Positions 9,085 through 18,679 are shown, counted from the stretch's first letter. The stretch: 58,087 bases of DNA from Nitrospinota bacterium (GCA_038108555.1 JAYNIA010000003.1:1-58087); one strand, 5' to 3'. The notes: a model not told the origin generated them from the sequence alone. Made by a program: numbers and translations.

Positions 9085-9227
9085 ATTGGTGTTTCAAGGT
9101 AAAGGGGAAAGGGGTTCTATTTCCCCCGCGCCAAATAAATGTTTTTTTAGTTTACTGGCAAAACTTCCATCCTTCACTTTTATAATGGGGAATAATCCTT
9201 AAATAAATTTTTTGGGAGCTTAAATCC

Positions 9228-10643
9228 ATGCGGATTACAGCACATTATATTTTTTCAATTGTCATTCTGGCAATTTACGGGGAAAGAGTATGCCCAATCA
9301 TTGAATATATCGGAAAATTCGATTGGTCCATTCGTCTCGCAGTCGTTTTTACCGCCTTATTTTGTATTCGTCCCTTATTTGTAAAATGGATTGTTTTAAA
9401 AGCCCATTGGAAAAAGCAGCCACAGCGCCAGTTTTTTTTAGAGGCTTTTCTCTATTTATCAGGAGCCTCCATGCTGGCCTGGTACAACAGCTATGAAAAT
9501 TATGCTGACATGGTGAGCACTGGAAAAGTATTTTTAGGTTGTACCGCTCTTGGATTTTTTACTGCATGCGATATGGCGCTTGAGAGACAAAAATTCATCC
9601 AGGGAAATCAGGAGCTGATTAATCTCAATGAAACTTCAACCAAAGTCGCCTTTCCAATCACTACAAAGATGACCATTCTTGCAGTTTTTTCCCTGGTATT
9701 CATGACCGGTATTATGCTTCTGGTCTTCCTCAAAGATCTTTACTGGTTCATCGATTTGGAACAGGAAAATTATGGTGAAGCAAGGATTACATTTATGAGG
9801 GAGTTGTTGTTTGTAGGGGGTGTCATTCTTGCCGAGATGATAAACATTATTGTTTTATTCTGCAAAAATTTGAAACTTCATTTCAATAAACAAAACCATT
9901 CTATGGAGGCTGTTTCAAAGGGTGATTTAAACCAGCTGGTCAAAATAAACAGTCAGGATGAGTTCGCGGTTATGGGCCACTACACAAACTTTATGATTGA
10001 AATGTTGAAGGAGCGCAATCGGCAACTGGAAAAAACCCGTCAGGAAATCATTCAACGTCTGGGTCGTGCCGCGGAATATCGTGACAATGAAACGGGGATG
10101 CATGTTGTGCGTATGTCTCACTACAGCCAAGCGCTAGCGAAAAAGGCCAATCTCAGTAAAGAACGATGCGATCTTATTTTGCAAGCCAGCCCCATGCATG
10201 ATGTCGGGAAAATCGGCATCCCCGACAAGGTATTGCTGAAACCGGGAAAACTGGAAGGGGAGGAGTGGACCACCATGCAAACCCATGTTGAAGTGGGGGC
10301 TTCCATTTTATCCGGCAGTGATTCCAGGCTCATGCAACTCGCAGAAGAAATTGCAGCAACTCACCACGAAAAATTTGATGGCACGGGTTATCCGAAAGGA
10401 CTCAAAGGTGAGGAAATTTCCATTGAAGGAAGAATCGTTCCTATTTGCGATGTCTTTGACGCCCTGACCTCCGAACGACCCTACAAAAAAGCCTGGACGG
10501 TGGAAGACGCAATCAATTTATTGAAAAGGGAAAAAGGAAAACATTTTGATCCTGATCTTGTGGATAAGTTCATATCCATCCTTCCGGAAATTTTGGAAAT
10601 CAGGGAACGATATTCGGAAAATAAAGCGCAGGCAGCCGCCTGA
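9228..10643 (+). CDS. membrane HAMP plus HD-GYP c-di-GMP phosphodiesterase
   Basis: Several TM segments, HAMP domain, AAEYRDNETGMH, MHDVGKIG, HHEKFDGTGYP. Confidence 0.93.
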   Translation: MRITAHYIFSIVILAIYGERVCPIIEYIGKFDWSIRLAVVFTALFCIRPLFVKWIVLKAHWKKQPQRQFFLEAFLYLSGASMLAWYNSYENYADMVSTGKVFLGCTALGFFTACDMALERQKFIQGNQELINLNETSTKVAFPITTKMTILAVFSLVFMTGIMLLVFLKDLYWFIDLEQENYGEARITFMRELLFVGGVILAEMINIIVLFCKNLKLHFNKQNHSMEAVSKGDLNQLVKINSQDEFAVMGHYTNFMIEMLKERNRQLEKTRQEIIQRLGRAAEYRDNETGMHVVRMSHYSQALAKKANLSKERCDLILQASPMHDVGKIGIPDKVLLKPGKLEGEEWTTMQTHVEVGASILSGSDSRLMQLAEEIAATHHEKFDGTGYPKGLKGEEISIEGRIVPICDVFDALTSERPYKKAWTVEDAINLLKREKGKHFDPDLVDKFISILPEILEIRERYSENKAQAAA

Positions 10644-10648
10644 GGGAT

Positions 10649-10828
10649 TCAATTGCCGGGTTCTATTTCCTGTGAGGCTTTGCTGGCGTCTTTAACAATC
10701 CAGATTCCGAATTCATAGGAGCCCCAGGCCACAAACAGAAGGAACACTACTATAAGTATCAGTTCCAGACCGCCGGGTTTGGCGGGAGGCTTTTCCTTTT
10801 CCTCAGAAGGTTCAGGATGGATTGACAT
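10649..10828 (-). CDS. small single-TM hypothetical protein (59 aa, absent from the ORF track)
   Basis: MSIHPEPSEEKEKPPAKPGGLELILIVVFLLFVAWGSYEFGIWIVKDASKASQEIEPGN; overlaps the stop of the upstream Sel1 gene. Confidence 0.6.
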   Translation of the reverse strand: MSIHPEPSEEKEKPPAKPGGLELILIVVFLLFVAWGSYEFGIWIVKDASKASQEIEPGN

Positions 10829-11201
10829 TTTTGTGGTTATTCAACCATTCATTTCCAAGCTTGCGGGCTTTCTCTATTTGTTCCCGGGTCATTTGGCGTT
10901 CGACATAAATACGGTTTTTCTTTCCCGCGTCCTGCCCCAGTTTTTCTGCAACAAACAACCATTTGTCAGCCTCGATAATATTCTTCTCAACTCCCGTCCC
11001 CTTAAAGTACATCATCCCCAACATCAGTTGCGCCGCAGCTTGTCCTTTTTCAGCAAGAGGGACAACCATTTTATAGGCGGTTTCAAAATCCCGGCGATTG
11101 ACCGCATCCACTGCGTCTTCAAATGAATCGGCAAATACAGGGGTAAAACTACCGATTAATAAAATGATCGATATTAAAATGTAATATTTTTTTAAAAACA
11201 T
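10812..11201 (-). CDS. Sel1-repeat secreted protein
   Basis: Signal peptide; LAEKGQAAAQLMLGMMYFKGTGV; MTREQIEKA. Confidence 0.88.
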   Translation of the reverse strand: MFLKKYYILISIILLIGSFTPVFADSFEDAVDAVNRRDFETAYKMVVPLAEKGQAAAQLMLGMMYFKGTGVEKNIIEADKWLFVAEKLGQDAGKKNRIYVERQMTREQIEKARKLGNEWLNNHKNVNPS

Positions 11202-11297
11202 TTTTGGAAATAAAGAAACCCACCCAGGGGAGCTGAGTGGATTTTTAAGAGGCAATCACCAAAAGGCTATCGGCAATATGCGATCCTCCCCCCTGCC

Positions 11298-11495
11298 TCA
11301 TTCAATCTGTTTTTTTTCAATTCCCTTGATAATTGAGTTCCCTTTGGGAGCGTGATTCCTGAGATGCTCCCGAACCAGCATCACGGCATGATTATCATCC
11401 ATCGCTGAAATGAAAATGCTAAAATCATCTTCCGATTTATCTTTATCGTGTATCAGAATACCTTTTACTTTAAAACAATATTCTTTGGGTGGCAT
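11298..11495 (-). CDS. hypothetical protein
   Basis: 65-aa ORF with AGGA RBS; composition typical of the coding genes here. Confidence 0.65.
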   Translation of the reverse strand: MPPKEYCFKVKGILIHDKDKSEDDFSIFISAMDDNHAVMLVREHLRNHAPKGNSIIKGIEKKQIE

Positions 11496-11578
11496 GGTCT
11501 TTCCTGATGGTTAATATCCTTTATTATATAAAATCTTTTTTCACCATCAACATTTCAATTTTTATTCAGGAATTTAAA

Positions 11579-12094
11579 ATGGAAAAAGGAAAAAACTTCA
11601 GGATTGCCATAAGGATTCCAGAAGTCTTTTATGTACTTAGGAACCATGAATCCAAAGAACCCGATAGATTTGATGAAGAAGCGGAATTGATTGCATTCCA
11701 CCAATCTAATAAAGAAGATACTGTTTCGCCTGATGTCCAATTGGGTAGAGACCAAATCAATACTCTTTGCAGGGTGCTGAAATCGACCTTCACAACAGAC
11801 GCAAAAAATATTTCCGAATTTAAAAATTTTATATTCAATCTTGAATCTGATTCTAAAGAAGCCGCTCTCCAGGAAGTAAAAGCCTATTTGCAGGAAATGC
11901 GGGCTCTGGAACAGGAACATTCGGGTGAAAATCTATCCAAATTTTTTCTCGACCATTGGCCAGATAAGGGGGAGGATTTCTATTTCATTTTAAAAAATAT
12001 TGATATGGCAGGAATTCGGATCGTTCGCGACCACAGTTTATTGGAGAATCTTTCGGATGAAGACCGGATTAATATTTTTCTCGAAAGTTATTGA
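11579..12094 (+). CDS. hypothetical protein
   Basis: Long ORF; AGGA RBS before the ATG at 11579. Confidence 0.7.
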   Translation: MEKGKNFRIAIRIPEVFYVLRNHESKEPDRFDEEAELIAFHQSNKEDTVSPDVQLGRDQINTLCRVLKSTFTTDAKNISEFKNFIFNLESDSKEAALQEVKAYLQEMRALEQEHSGENLSKFFLDHWPDKGEDFYFILKNIDMAGIRIVRDHSLLENLSDEDRINIFLESY

Positions 12095-12198
12095 GAAATT
12101 TATCCATATTTTTGGCGAGAACACCATTGACTAAACAGGGGGCCGGAGTTATTTTTACAAAATTAGAAGCCAATTTTTTATAAACTCGGGGTTTTATA

Positions 12199-12870
12199 TT
12201 GAAAAAGCTTCCAATTTTAATAGTTCTATTCTTTCTGATTGTTTACCCGGGTCCTCCGGCCCAGGCTAATAATACCGAGATCTGTTACAAGCTACTCCAT
12301 CCCATTGATAATCAAGTCGCCAGCGTAAAAGCCCAGGGGGGTGTCTGGGAGGCTTTTGAAAAAAGAAGTAATTACAGGGAGTTTTCAACGACCGGCCTGC
12401 ATTTGGATCAAAAAGCCATTGCCCTGGTTTATACTCTGGAATATGTTTGCAGTGCGCTTGAAAGAATTCCCAGGAATGATGTTTCAAATTATATTCTTCC
12501 TTTGTGGAGAAAAAAGGGGGAGGAGGAGTTTATAAAATATCAAACCAGTGGTTACGGCTATGCTTTGGAAGAGGTGATGACCTGGGTAGAATATGCAAAG
12601 TACTATGAGAAAAATTACCAACGAAAATTGGATTTTGTAAAAGTTCAAGAGACCATGGGTAAGGCCGGTCCCTTAGTTGAACAATTTGTGGGTATCGCTC
12701 ATAAAATAAAAACCAAAAACAAGGTCAAAGAAATTGTTGATGAATCTAAAGCCTTGATCGCTTCCTTTGCTAAGCTTCATCAGGACGACCCTATTCTTAA
12801 ACAGGCCGATGCTGAAAATTCCGCTATTCCGCACGCATCCACACTTACCGAATCGGCCGATGAAATGTAA
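12199..12870 (+). CDS. secreted hypothetical protein
   Basis: Signal peptide ending AQA; predicted helical; two Cys. Confidence 0.75.
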   Translation: MKKLPILIVLFFLIVYPGPPAQANNTEICYKLLHPIDNQVASVKAQGGVWEAFEKRSNYREFSTTGLHLDQKAIALVYTLEYVCSALERIPRNDVSNYILPLWRKKGEEEFIKYQTSGYGYALEEVMTWVEYAKYYEKNYQRKLDFVKVQETMGKAGPLVEQFVGIAHKIKTKNKVKEIVDESKALIASFAKLHQDDPILKQADAENSAIPHASTLTESADEM

Positions 12871-12889
12871 CTAAAAAGGGAAATAGTTA

Positions 12890-13183
12890 ATGAAAGAAAT
12901 TCAATGCACTCAATGCAAAGCATTTATCGCAAGGTATACAGGGTCAGGGGAACTGGACATACTGGTTCTCGACAGTGTTATTAAGCCCGATGCGCTTGCG
13001 GAGTTGAAATCCTCCAACATAGAAGAACTCCCCCTACTGACTTGCCGGGAATGCGGTAAAGAACTGGGTAAACCTTCAATAAATAAAAAAGGGGAACTGG
13101 GTTATAAAATGATCAAGGGTGCATTTCGTGGAAAAGGGGTTATTAAAGCCATGACACCTCATCCACACACAAGCTGGCGCTAG
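12890..13183 (+). CDS. zinc-ribbon-like hypothetical protein
   Basis: CTQC and CREC motifs. Confidence 0.7.
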   Translation: MKEIQCTQCKAFIARYTGSGELDILVLDSVIKPDALAELKSSNIEELPLLTCRECGKELGKPSINKKGELGYKMIKGAFRGKGVIKAMTPHPHTSWR

Positions 13184-13275
13184 CGGGGCAAGCCCCGATT
13201 CAATTTGTCGAACCTTAATAGGCAAATAGAGATGTAGAGCTTTGGACTTTAGTCGATCACCTCTCACCAACTGCT

Positions 13276-13395
13276 ATGAGTAAAACAGCAAAAATTGTTT
13301 TAGTCGTTGCTGCAATCTTACTGGTCACTCTGTTCTATCTTATGTGGACCAGTCTGGGCGGAGGACCCACCATTGCCCCACGATCCGCTCTCTAG
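13276..13395 (+). CDS. putative 39-aa membrane peptide (absent from the ORF track)
   Basis: MSKTAKIVLVVAAILLVTLFYLMWTSLGGGPTIAPRSAL; basic N-terminus plus a TM helix; no clear RBS. Confidence 0.5.
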   Translation: MSKTAKIVLVVAAILLVTLFYLMWTSLGGGPTIAPRSAL

Positions 13396-13519
13396 GCGAG
13401 CATAAAAAATCCAAAAATATTTCCGCTATCTGCTATTTTTTCAATAGCTTTCAAAATTCCTTTTTGAGTCCAAAAGGGAAACTATCAAGGGGGAAGGTGG
13501 AAAAGCCGATAAGTTGTTT

Positions 13520-13903
13520 ATGGAAAACGTCAACCACATTTGTGACTGCTTGAATGGATTTACGGAATCGCAGAAGAAAAAAGCCGATGCGATTGCCGGT
13601 GGAAGTTTTGAAAAAATCCTGGCCGAACTACAAATACTGAGAAATTCTTTTGGCGAGGAAAACTCTATTTCACCAACTAGAAACCGGGAACAAACCAGTC
13701 GTGCTTCTGGAATTCTAGATATCTTTTTCCTTCAACAAAAAATTCATCAGGAAACAGAAAGCAAGCTGCCAAAGTTTGATAAGGACGTTCCTCTTGATCT
13801 TGAAAAATTGCGAAGAGATCCCAGCACTCCGCGGCAGGTTCCTGTCTTCCTTGAAAAACGGTTTGAACTATTTGGTCCAACCCCTTTTAATCGATTTATC
13901 TAA
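13520..13903 (+). CDS. hypothetical protein
   Basis: ORF of about 127 aa with no recognisable motif. Confidence 0.55.
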   Translation: MENVNHICDCLNGFTESQKKKADAIAGGSFEKILAELQILRNSFGEENSISPTRNREQTSRASGILDIFFLQQKIHQETESKLPKFDKDVPLDLEKLRRDPSTPRQVPVFLEKRFELFGPTPFNRFI

Positions 13904-13920
13904 TTTACTTTTTTGAGAAG

Positions 13921-14718
13921 CTATAGTTCGACTTCCGATGCCGTCCAGGCCATGGTATCGTTTGAGCCCCCGGCAAAGCCCAACTTACTGACAACAATAA
14001 GACCAAAAGAAGTGGTTTTTTTAAACCAACTGATGACTTCGGGGACAATGGCTTTTGGGTCCATCCCCTGTTCGATGAGTTGGTAAGCGCGGATTGCAGT
14101 CATTTTTTTTATGATCGTCTCCCCATCTCCGGTGGCAGCAACAGCACCCTCGGGACCGGCGAACAGTCCACACCCCAATAGTGGAACATCGCCTACGCGG
14201 CCGGGTATCGCATCTTTAATTCCACCGGTACTGAGAGCGGCGGCAAAACGATCGCCTTCACGAATCACACAGCCCACCGTATCAGTCGTTGAAAAATCTT
14301 TTCCTGTATTTGCAATTTCACCCGGTGAAACTGCTTGGCATCCTTGATTCAATGCAAACTCTGCGGCTCCCGCTCCGGCCAAAACACGGTATTCAGACTG
14401 GCTGACCAATTGGGCGACCTGGACGGGATTTTTAAATCCTTCCAAAGCTGCGACGGCCCCGAATTGTCCTGAGCTGTCCATGCAAGAAGCATCCATTTGC
14501 ACGGAGCCATTGTTTCTTTGAAGCGACCCGATTCCCGCATTGAATCGGGAGTCGTCTTCAAGAGTGGCCACAGCTGCGCAAGTTGCATTCAAAAGCTGTT
14601 CGCCGGTTTGCAGTCCCATCATGGCAACCTGACCTGCAATGGCCGTTCCATCTGCATGTGCCGGGTCTGATCCCGCGCCGCCATGTGTTAAAACGACAAT
14701 CTTTTTTTTATCGGTCAT
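13921..14718 (-). CDS. isoaspartyl peptidase/L-asparaginase (Ntn hydrolase)
   Basis: HGGAG, FNAG.GS, MDAS.M, DTVG (nucleophile Thr), STGG, GRVGD, TGDGE. Confidence 0.92.
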   Translation of the reverse strand: MTDKKKIVVLTHGGAGSDPAHADGTAIAGQVAMMGLQTGEQLLNATCAAVATLEDDSRFNAGIGSLQRNNGSVQMDASCMDSSGQFGAVAALEGFKNPVQVAQLVSQSEYRVLAGAGAAEFALNQGCQAVSPGEIANTGKDFSTTDTVGCVIREGDRFAAALSTGGIKDAIPGRVGDVPLLGCGLFAGPEGAVAATGDGETIIKKMTAIRAYQLIEQGMDPKAIVPEVISWFKKTTSFGLIVVSKLGFAGGSNDTMAWTASEVEL

Positions 14719-14803
14719 GTTCAATTCATTTAATGAAGGCAATGGTTGTAGGGTTATTATAAATGAGGTATCCTAAAGACCAATCAAAAAACACGAGTGT
14801 TCT

Positions 14804-15187
14804 ATGGTTAAGTTTTGTCTACAATGTAAAAACGCATTTTGGGGAGGTAAGTTTTGTCCCAAATGCGACGGCGAAATTGAGTTGCTTGATGCGGCCCTGC
14901 CTGAAAATAAAAAATACCTTCCTGAACTCAATATCGACGTGCGTCCCAAATACTATGCCCGCAGCTCCATGCTGCTTTCCTGCTTTGGGTTCGTCATGGC
15001 ATTGCCACTCGGTGCTTTCATTTTTCTTAGAGGAATCTCCAGCAGTGACAATTTGATGCTATGGTCCTCTATTGGGTTAGGCACCGTGCTTCTGGTCTCC
15101 TGGGGCTGTTGGTACCTCGCCCATCGACTCTTCGATAAACAGATGGAAGATGTCGAAACCGAAAACAAAGAACCGCAACTCGACTGA
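14804..15187 (+). CDS. zinc-ribbon plus 2-TM hypothetical protein
   Basis: CLQC...CPKC followed by two hydrophobic helices. Confidence 0.75.
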   Translation: MVKFCLQCKNAFWGGKFCPKCDGEIELLDAALPENKKYLPELNIDVRPKYYARSSMLLSCFGFVMALPLGAFIFLRGISSSDNLMLWSSIGLGTVLLVSWGCWYLAHRLFDKQMEDVETENKEPQLD

Positions 15188-15398
15188 CATTACTCCCCCT
15201 TTTTGGTACCCCGCGCGTTTTAAAGGATCACCACCCGGTTGGTCTGATCTTGCCTATTTATTGCCGTCTTTTTTAAGCCACTTCCTGCTTATTTGAAAAG
15301 CAACCCCTCAACACCAAAAAAGTTCTAATATTTTCCCATTATTTTTCAATTATTTACAATAAATCTATACAAAAATTTGATTTTTGTTTAGTTTTTTA

Positions 15399-15438
15399 TT
15401 GACATTTCTAACAATTTGTCTAATATTAAATTTAGACA
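15399..15438 (+). promoter_or_regulatory. sigma70 promoter with an overlapping inverted repeat
   Basis: TTGACA (15399) N16 TAATAT (15421); TGTCTAA-N8-TTAGACA at 15417-15438. Confidence 0.55.
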
Positions 15439-15485
15439 TATTTATAATTTTTAGATTATAATAATTTCTTCAGGGAGACGGGTCC

Positions 15486-16193
15486 ATGAAAATAAAAAAA
15501 GCAATCATCCAAACTTTAGCAATCGCATCTATAGCATTGGTTACGACAACAACATCTTTCGCGCATTCAAATCACGATCACTCCAAGGTTCCTTTCAAAT
15601 GGCAATTTTCTGAAAAGTTATATTCCAAAGTTGAAAGAAACCTGATTTCTGCAAAACCCAGTGGCAATATCGGATTGAATCCTTTCGAACAAAAAGAATT
15701 TACTCATTACGGCATTAAGGTTGGAAACAGATTCAGTTCCGTAATTAGAAATGTTGACGTTACTTTTGAAAGAACTTCTGCGGGAATCAAAGTTGTGGAT
15801 GCCTCCCTCTTTGGAGCAGCTGCAAATAAAAATGTTCTTCCCTTAAAACAAGTTTCAAACGTATCCAAAGTTTCCCTGAGAGCACCTATTCATATGGGGC
15901 ACGACCATAAGCGCCTTCTGGTGGAATGGAGTTTTGGGGATTCAACAAATGCAAAAATCGTAAAACATATGTTTGAAGAAAACGGAAGCCTTTCTGTAGG
16001 GCTCACCAGCCTTGAGAAAAAATTGCTGGAAGAATATGGAATCAAAACTGGAAATAAATTCCAGCTTTCCATTTCCGGTCATAGCTTCCTGGTGGAAAAA
16101 ACTTCAAGCGGGATAATCATCCTGAACCATGCTGAAAATGAAAACCCGATGAATGCAAAATTGGGTCAGGATATGGTTGAGGATAATATTTAA
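15486..16193 (+). CDS. secreted protein with two HxxHDH-led repeats
   Basis: Signal peptide; two homologous halves (HSNHDH...YGIKVGNRF...ERTSAGI and HMGHDH...YGIKTGNKF...EKTSSGI). Confidence 0.8.
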   Translation: MKIKKAIIQTLAIASIALVTTTTSFAHSNHDHSKVPFKWQFSEKLYSKVERNLISAKPSGNIGLNPFEQKEFTHYGIKVGNRFSSVIRNVDVTFERTSAGIKVVDASLFGAAANKNVLPLKQVSNVSKVSLRAPIHMGHDHKRLLVEWSFGDSTNAKIVKHMFEENGSLSVGLTSLEKKLLEEYGIKTGNKFQLSISGHSFLVEKTSSGIIILNHAENENPMNAKLGQDMVEDNI

Positions 16194-16225
16194 CCAGGGT
16201 TCAAAAATAGAGGCTCACAAATCCT

Positions 16226-17170
16226 ATGAACGACAAAAGCAATATGGATAACCTGATTTCAATAGGAGAACTGGCACGATTGACCGGAATAACAACCCAC
16301 ACATTGAGAGTCTGGGAAAAGCGCTATGGCACCCCCCTCTCTCAAAGGTTGCCTTCCGGTCATCGCCGATACCCCAAAGAAGATGTCCCAAGGCTGCGAG
16401 CCATTGCCAAAGCTTTGGAAGCGGGGTATCGAGCCAGCAAGGTGGTCTCGGGAACGTTGGAAGAATTGCATGGCCTGATTGGTTTGAAACCTATAATCGA
16501 TACAAACCAAAAACCGAATCAGGAGAATGAGAAGTCCACCAACGACATGTTGATTGAGCGTTGGATCAAGGGAATTCATGAATACGATGATGACTTATTG
16601 CTTCAGGGCTTCCATGAACAATGGAACAAGTCGGGACCTCTCAATTTCACAATTGATTTCATGGTCCCGTTAATTTCCAAAATAGGGAAGGGCTGGGAGT
16701 CTAAGGAACTTACGATTCCCCAGGAACATTTTGCAACGGAATGCATCGACAGTTTTTTAACTCGAAAATGGCGGCAACTAAATAGCAAAAAAGAAGGTTG
16801 GAACATTTTAATGGCTACCCTTCCCAGGGAACCTCATAACCTGGGGCTTCTTATGTCAGCAGTTGTTGCAAGTTTGTCGGGTGCCAAAATTATCTATTTG
16901 GGATTGGATACCCCGGTCAAAGATATTATTTCAACGGCGAATAGATTCCAACCGGAACTTCTTTGTTTCAGTATCTCCTGTAGCCAACAATTACTGGATA
17001 CAGAAAATAATCTTTTAAAAATAAGAAACGAGTTGAAAGATGAAGTCACCATTATTTCTGGGGGCAGAGGCGCTCCTGATAATTTGCCCGGAATAGAAAA
17101 GATGGAAGATTTTAATGTATTTAACGAGTGGTTGGAAAATTTTGAAAAAGAGTTGGTAATAAAAATTTAA
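16226..17170 (+). CDS. CarH/LitR-type MerR-family B12-binding regulator
   Basis: MerR HTH with LRVWEKRYG and GHRRY; W-x9-EH; ExHxxG (EPHNLG); SIS; SGG. Confidence 0.9.
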   Translation: MNDKSNMDNLISIGELARLTGITTHTLRVWEKRYGTPLSQRLPSGHRRYPKEDVPRLRAIAKALEAGYRASKVVSGTLEELHGLIGLKPIIDTNQKPNQENEKSTNDMLIERWIKGIHEYDDDLLLQGFHEQWNKSGPLNFTIDFMVPLISKIGKGWESKELTIPQEHFATECIDSFLTRKWRQLNSKKEGWNILMATLPREPHNLGLLMSAVVASLSGAKIIYLGLDTPVKDIISTANRFQPELLCFSISCSQQLLDTENNLLKIRNELKDEVTIISGGRGAPDNLPGIEKMEDFNVFNEWLENFEKELVIKI

Positions 17171-17185
17171 CCTTAAGAGAAAAAA

Positions 17186-17710
17186 ATGGAAACTCAAAAT
17201 CAAGCGGTAATTCTCATTGGACACGGCGGATTACCCTCAGACATACCTAGAGAAATTGTAGAAGAATTTATGAAAATCCATAAGAGCCGGGTTCGAATGG
17301 GAACTCCTATCACTCCCAAAGAAAAAGAACTGGAATCCATAATCAGAAAATGGGAGAGGACACCTGAATCCGACCCATATAAAGCGGGACTGGAGAAGCT
17401 GGCTTCTTATCTTTCCCCCCGATTGAATGGTTTTATTCTGAAAACAGCCTACAATGAATTTTGTTATCCATCCATTGAGCAAGCGGCAGATGAACTTGCC
17501 AGCGAAGGGATTAACGAAATTATATTAATAACCACCATGATAACCCCAGGCGGTTCCCATTCCGAACGGGAAATACCGGAAGAGGTGGAAGCTCTTCGGA
17601 GCAAATATCCAGATATAAATTTTCAGTATGCCTGGCCCTATGATCTGGAACAATTCTCTGAATTTTTTGCCAATCATATTTTAAATTTTACCAAAACCAA
17701 CACTTATTAA
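17186..17710 (+). CDS. cbiX: CbiX/SirB-family sirohydrochlorin chelatase (short form)
   Basis: LIGHGG, AYNEFC.PSI, PGGSHSEREIP. Confidence 0.82.
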   Translation: METQNQAVILIGHGGLPSDIPREIVEEFMKIHKSRVRMGTPITPKEKELESIIRKWERTPESDPYKAGLEKLASYLSPRLNGFILKTAYNEFCYPSIEQAADELASEGINEIILITTMITPGGSHSEREIPEEVEALRSKYPDINFQYAWPYDLEQFSEFFANHILNFTKTNTY

Positions 17711-17763
17711 TTTTACAAAGGCAAACTATGTCTAATCATAAATATTTTTACAAGGGTCGGAAT

Positions 17764-18252
17764 ATGGTTAAGATTCGAAGTTTTATTTTTGGCTTGGTCA
17801 CTACCCTTATTTTTTCTATTGCAGGGATTCTATCGTTTTTTGTAACTCCCGGTTTTTCTCTTGGCTGGCAAGATAAGGAATGGCTTGCCCCAGGATGCCC
17901 TCAAACTGTTTCAGGCCAATGGGCCTCTGATGGCCGGACCGAAAAAGGTTTTAAGTCACTCTCTATTAAAAATAAAAAAGTGATTTACACTTCACAGGAT
18001 AAACAGATCCAAAAATATAAAATTATCAAATCCTCTTTTACTTCTAATAACCAGTATCTTGAAATAAAACTCCAACCTCTGGGCAATGAGAAGGAACAGG
18101 TTTTAAAAATACGCCCTCACCTGGTTTTCGCCAATTCTAAAGATAATGAAAACTCCTCGAGTTGTCTCATAAAGGTGTTTTCCTTTAAGAACGAAAAATA
18201 CGCGAAGACAGATAGATATTCCCACTGGAATATTTATCGGTTGGAAAATTAA
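17764..18252 (+). CDS. exported hypothetical protein
   Basis: N-terminal hydrophobic segment, beta-rich, two Cys. Confidence 0.65.
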   Translation: MVKIRSFIFGLVTTLIFSIAGILSFFVTPGFSLGWQDKEWLAPGCPQTVSGQWASDGRTEKGFKSLSIKNKKVIYTSQDKQIQKYKIIKSSFTSNNQYLEIKLQPLGNEKEQVLKIRPHLVFANSKDNENSSSCLIKVFSFKNEKYAKTDRYSHWNIYRLEN

Positions 18253-18290
18253 CTTAAGGCTGCAATCGCCTTGGAAACGGTGGTGGGATT

Positions 18291-18596
18291 ATGGCCTACG
18301 AATGCAAAGTTTACGATAAAAATGGAAAACTCAAAAAAATAGTACGGAAAAGTCAGCTGACTGAGGCAAGTAAAGAATTTTTTAATCAACCATCAACAAA
18401 AAAAATCAGTTCTTTTATTAATAACTATAAAGATCCGGTATCGGAAACAAAAAGGGAAACCCGGTTCTACAATAAAACCTGTGTGGTATGCCAGAAAGAA
18501 TTTCATCCCCGGCATCCCAACTCTAAATACTGTTCGCATGAGTGCCAGAAGAAGCTATATCTGGCGAAGAAGAAAAAAAAGGGGAATCCCGGTTAA
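18291..18596 (+). CDS. small basic protein with a C-terminal zinc-finger-like motif
   Basis: YECKVYDKNGKLKKIV N-terminus; CVVC...YCSHEC. Confidence 0.7.
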   Translation: MAYECKVYDKNGKLKKIVRKSQLTEASKEFFNQPSTKKISSFINNYKDPVSETKRETRFYNKTCVVCQKEFHPRHPNSKYCSHECQKKLYLAKKKKKGNPG

Positions 18597-18679
18597 ACTT
18601 CCGGGGTTGGTAGTTTCTCCGGTTTTCAATGGCCTATCATATATGAAAACCGGAGGGCCGGGATTTCCCGTTTTTAAAA

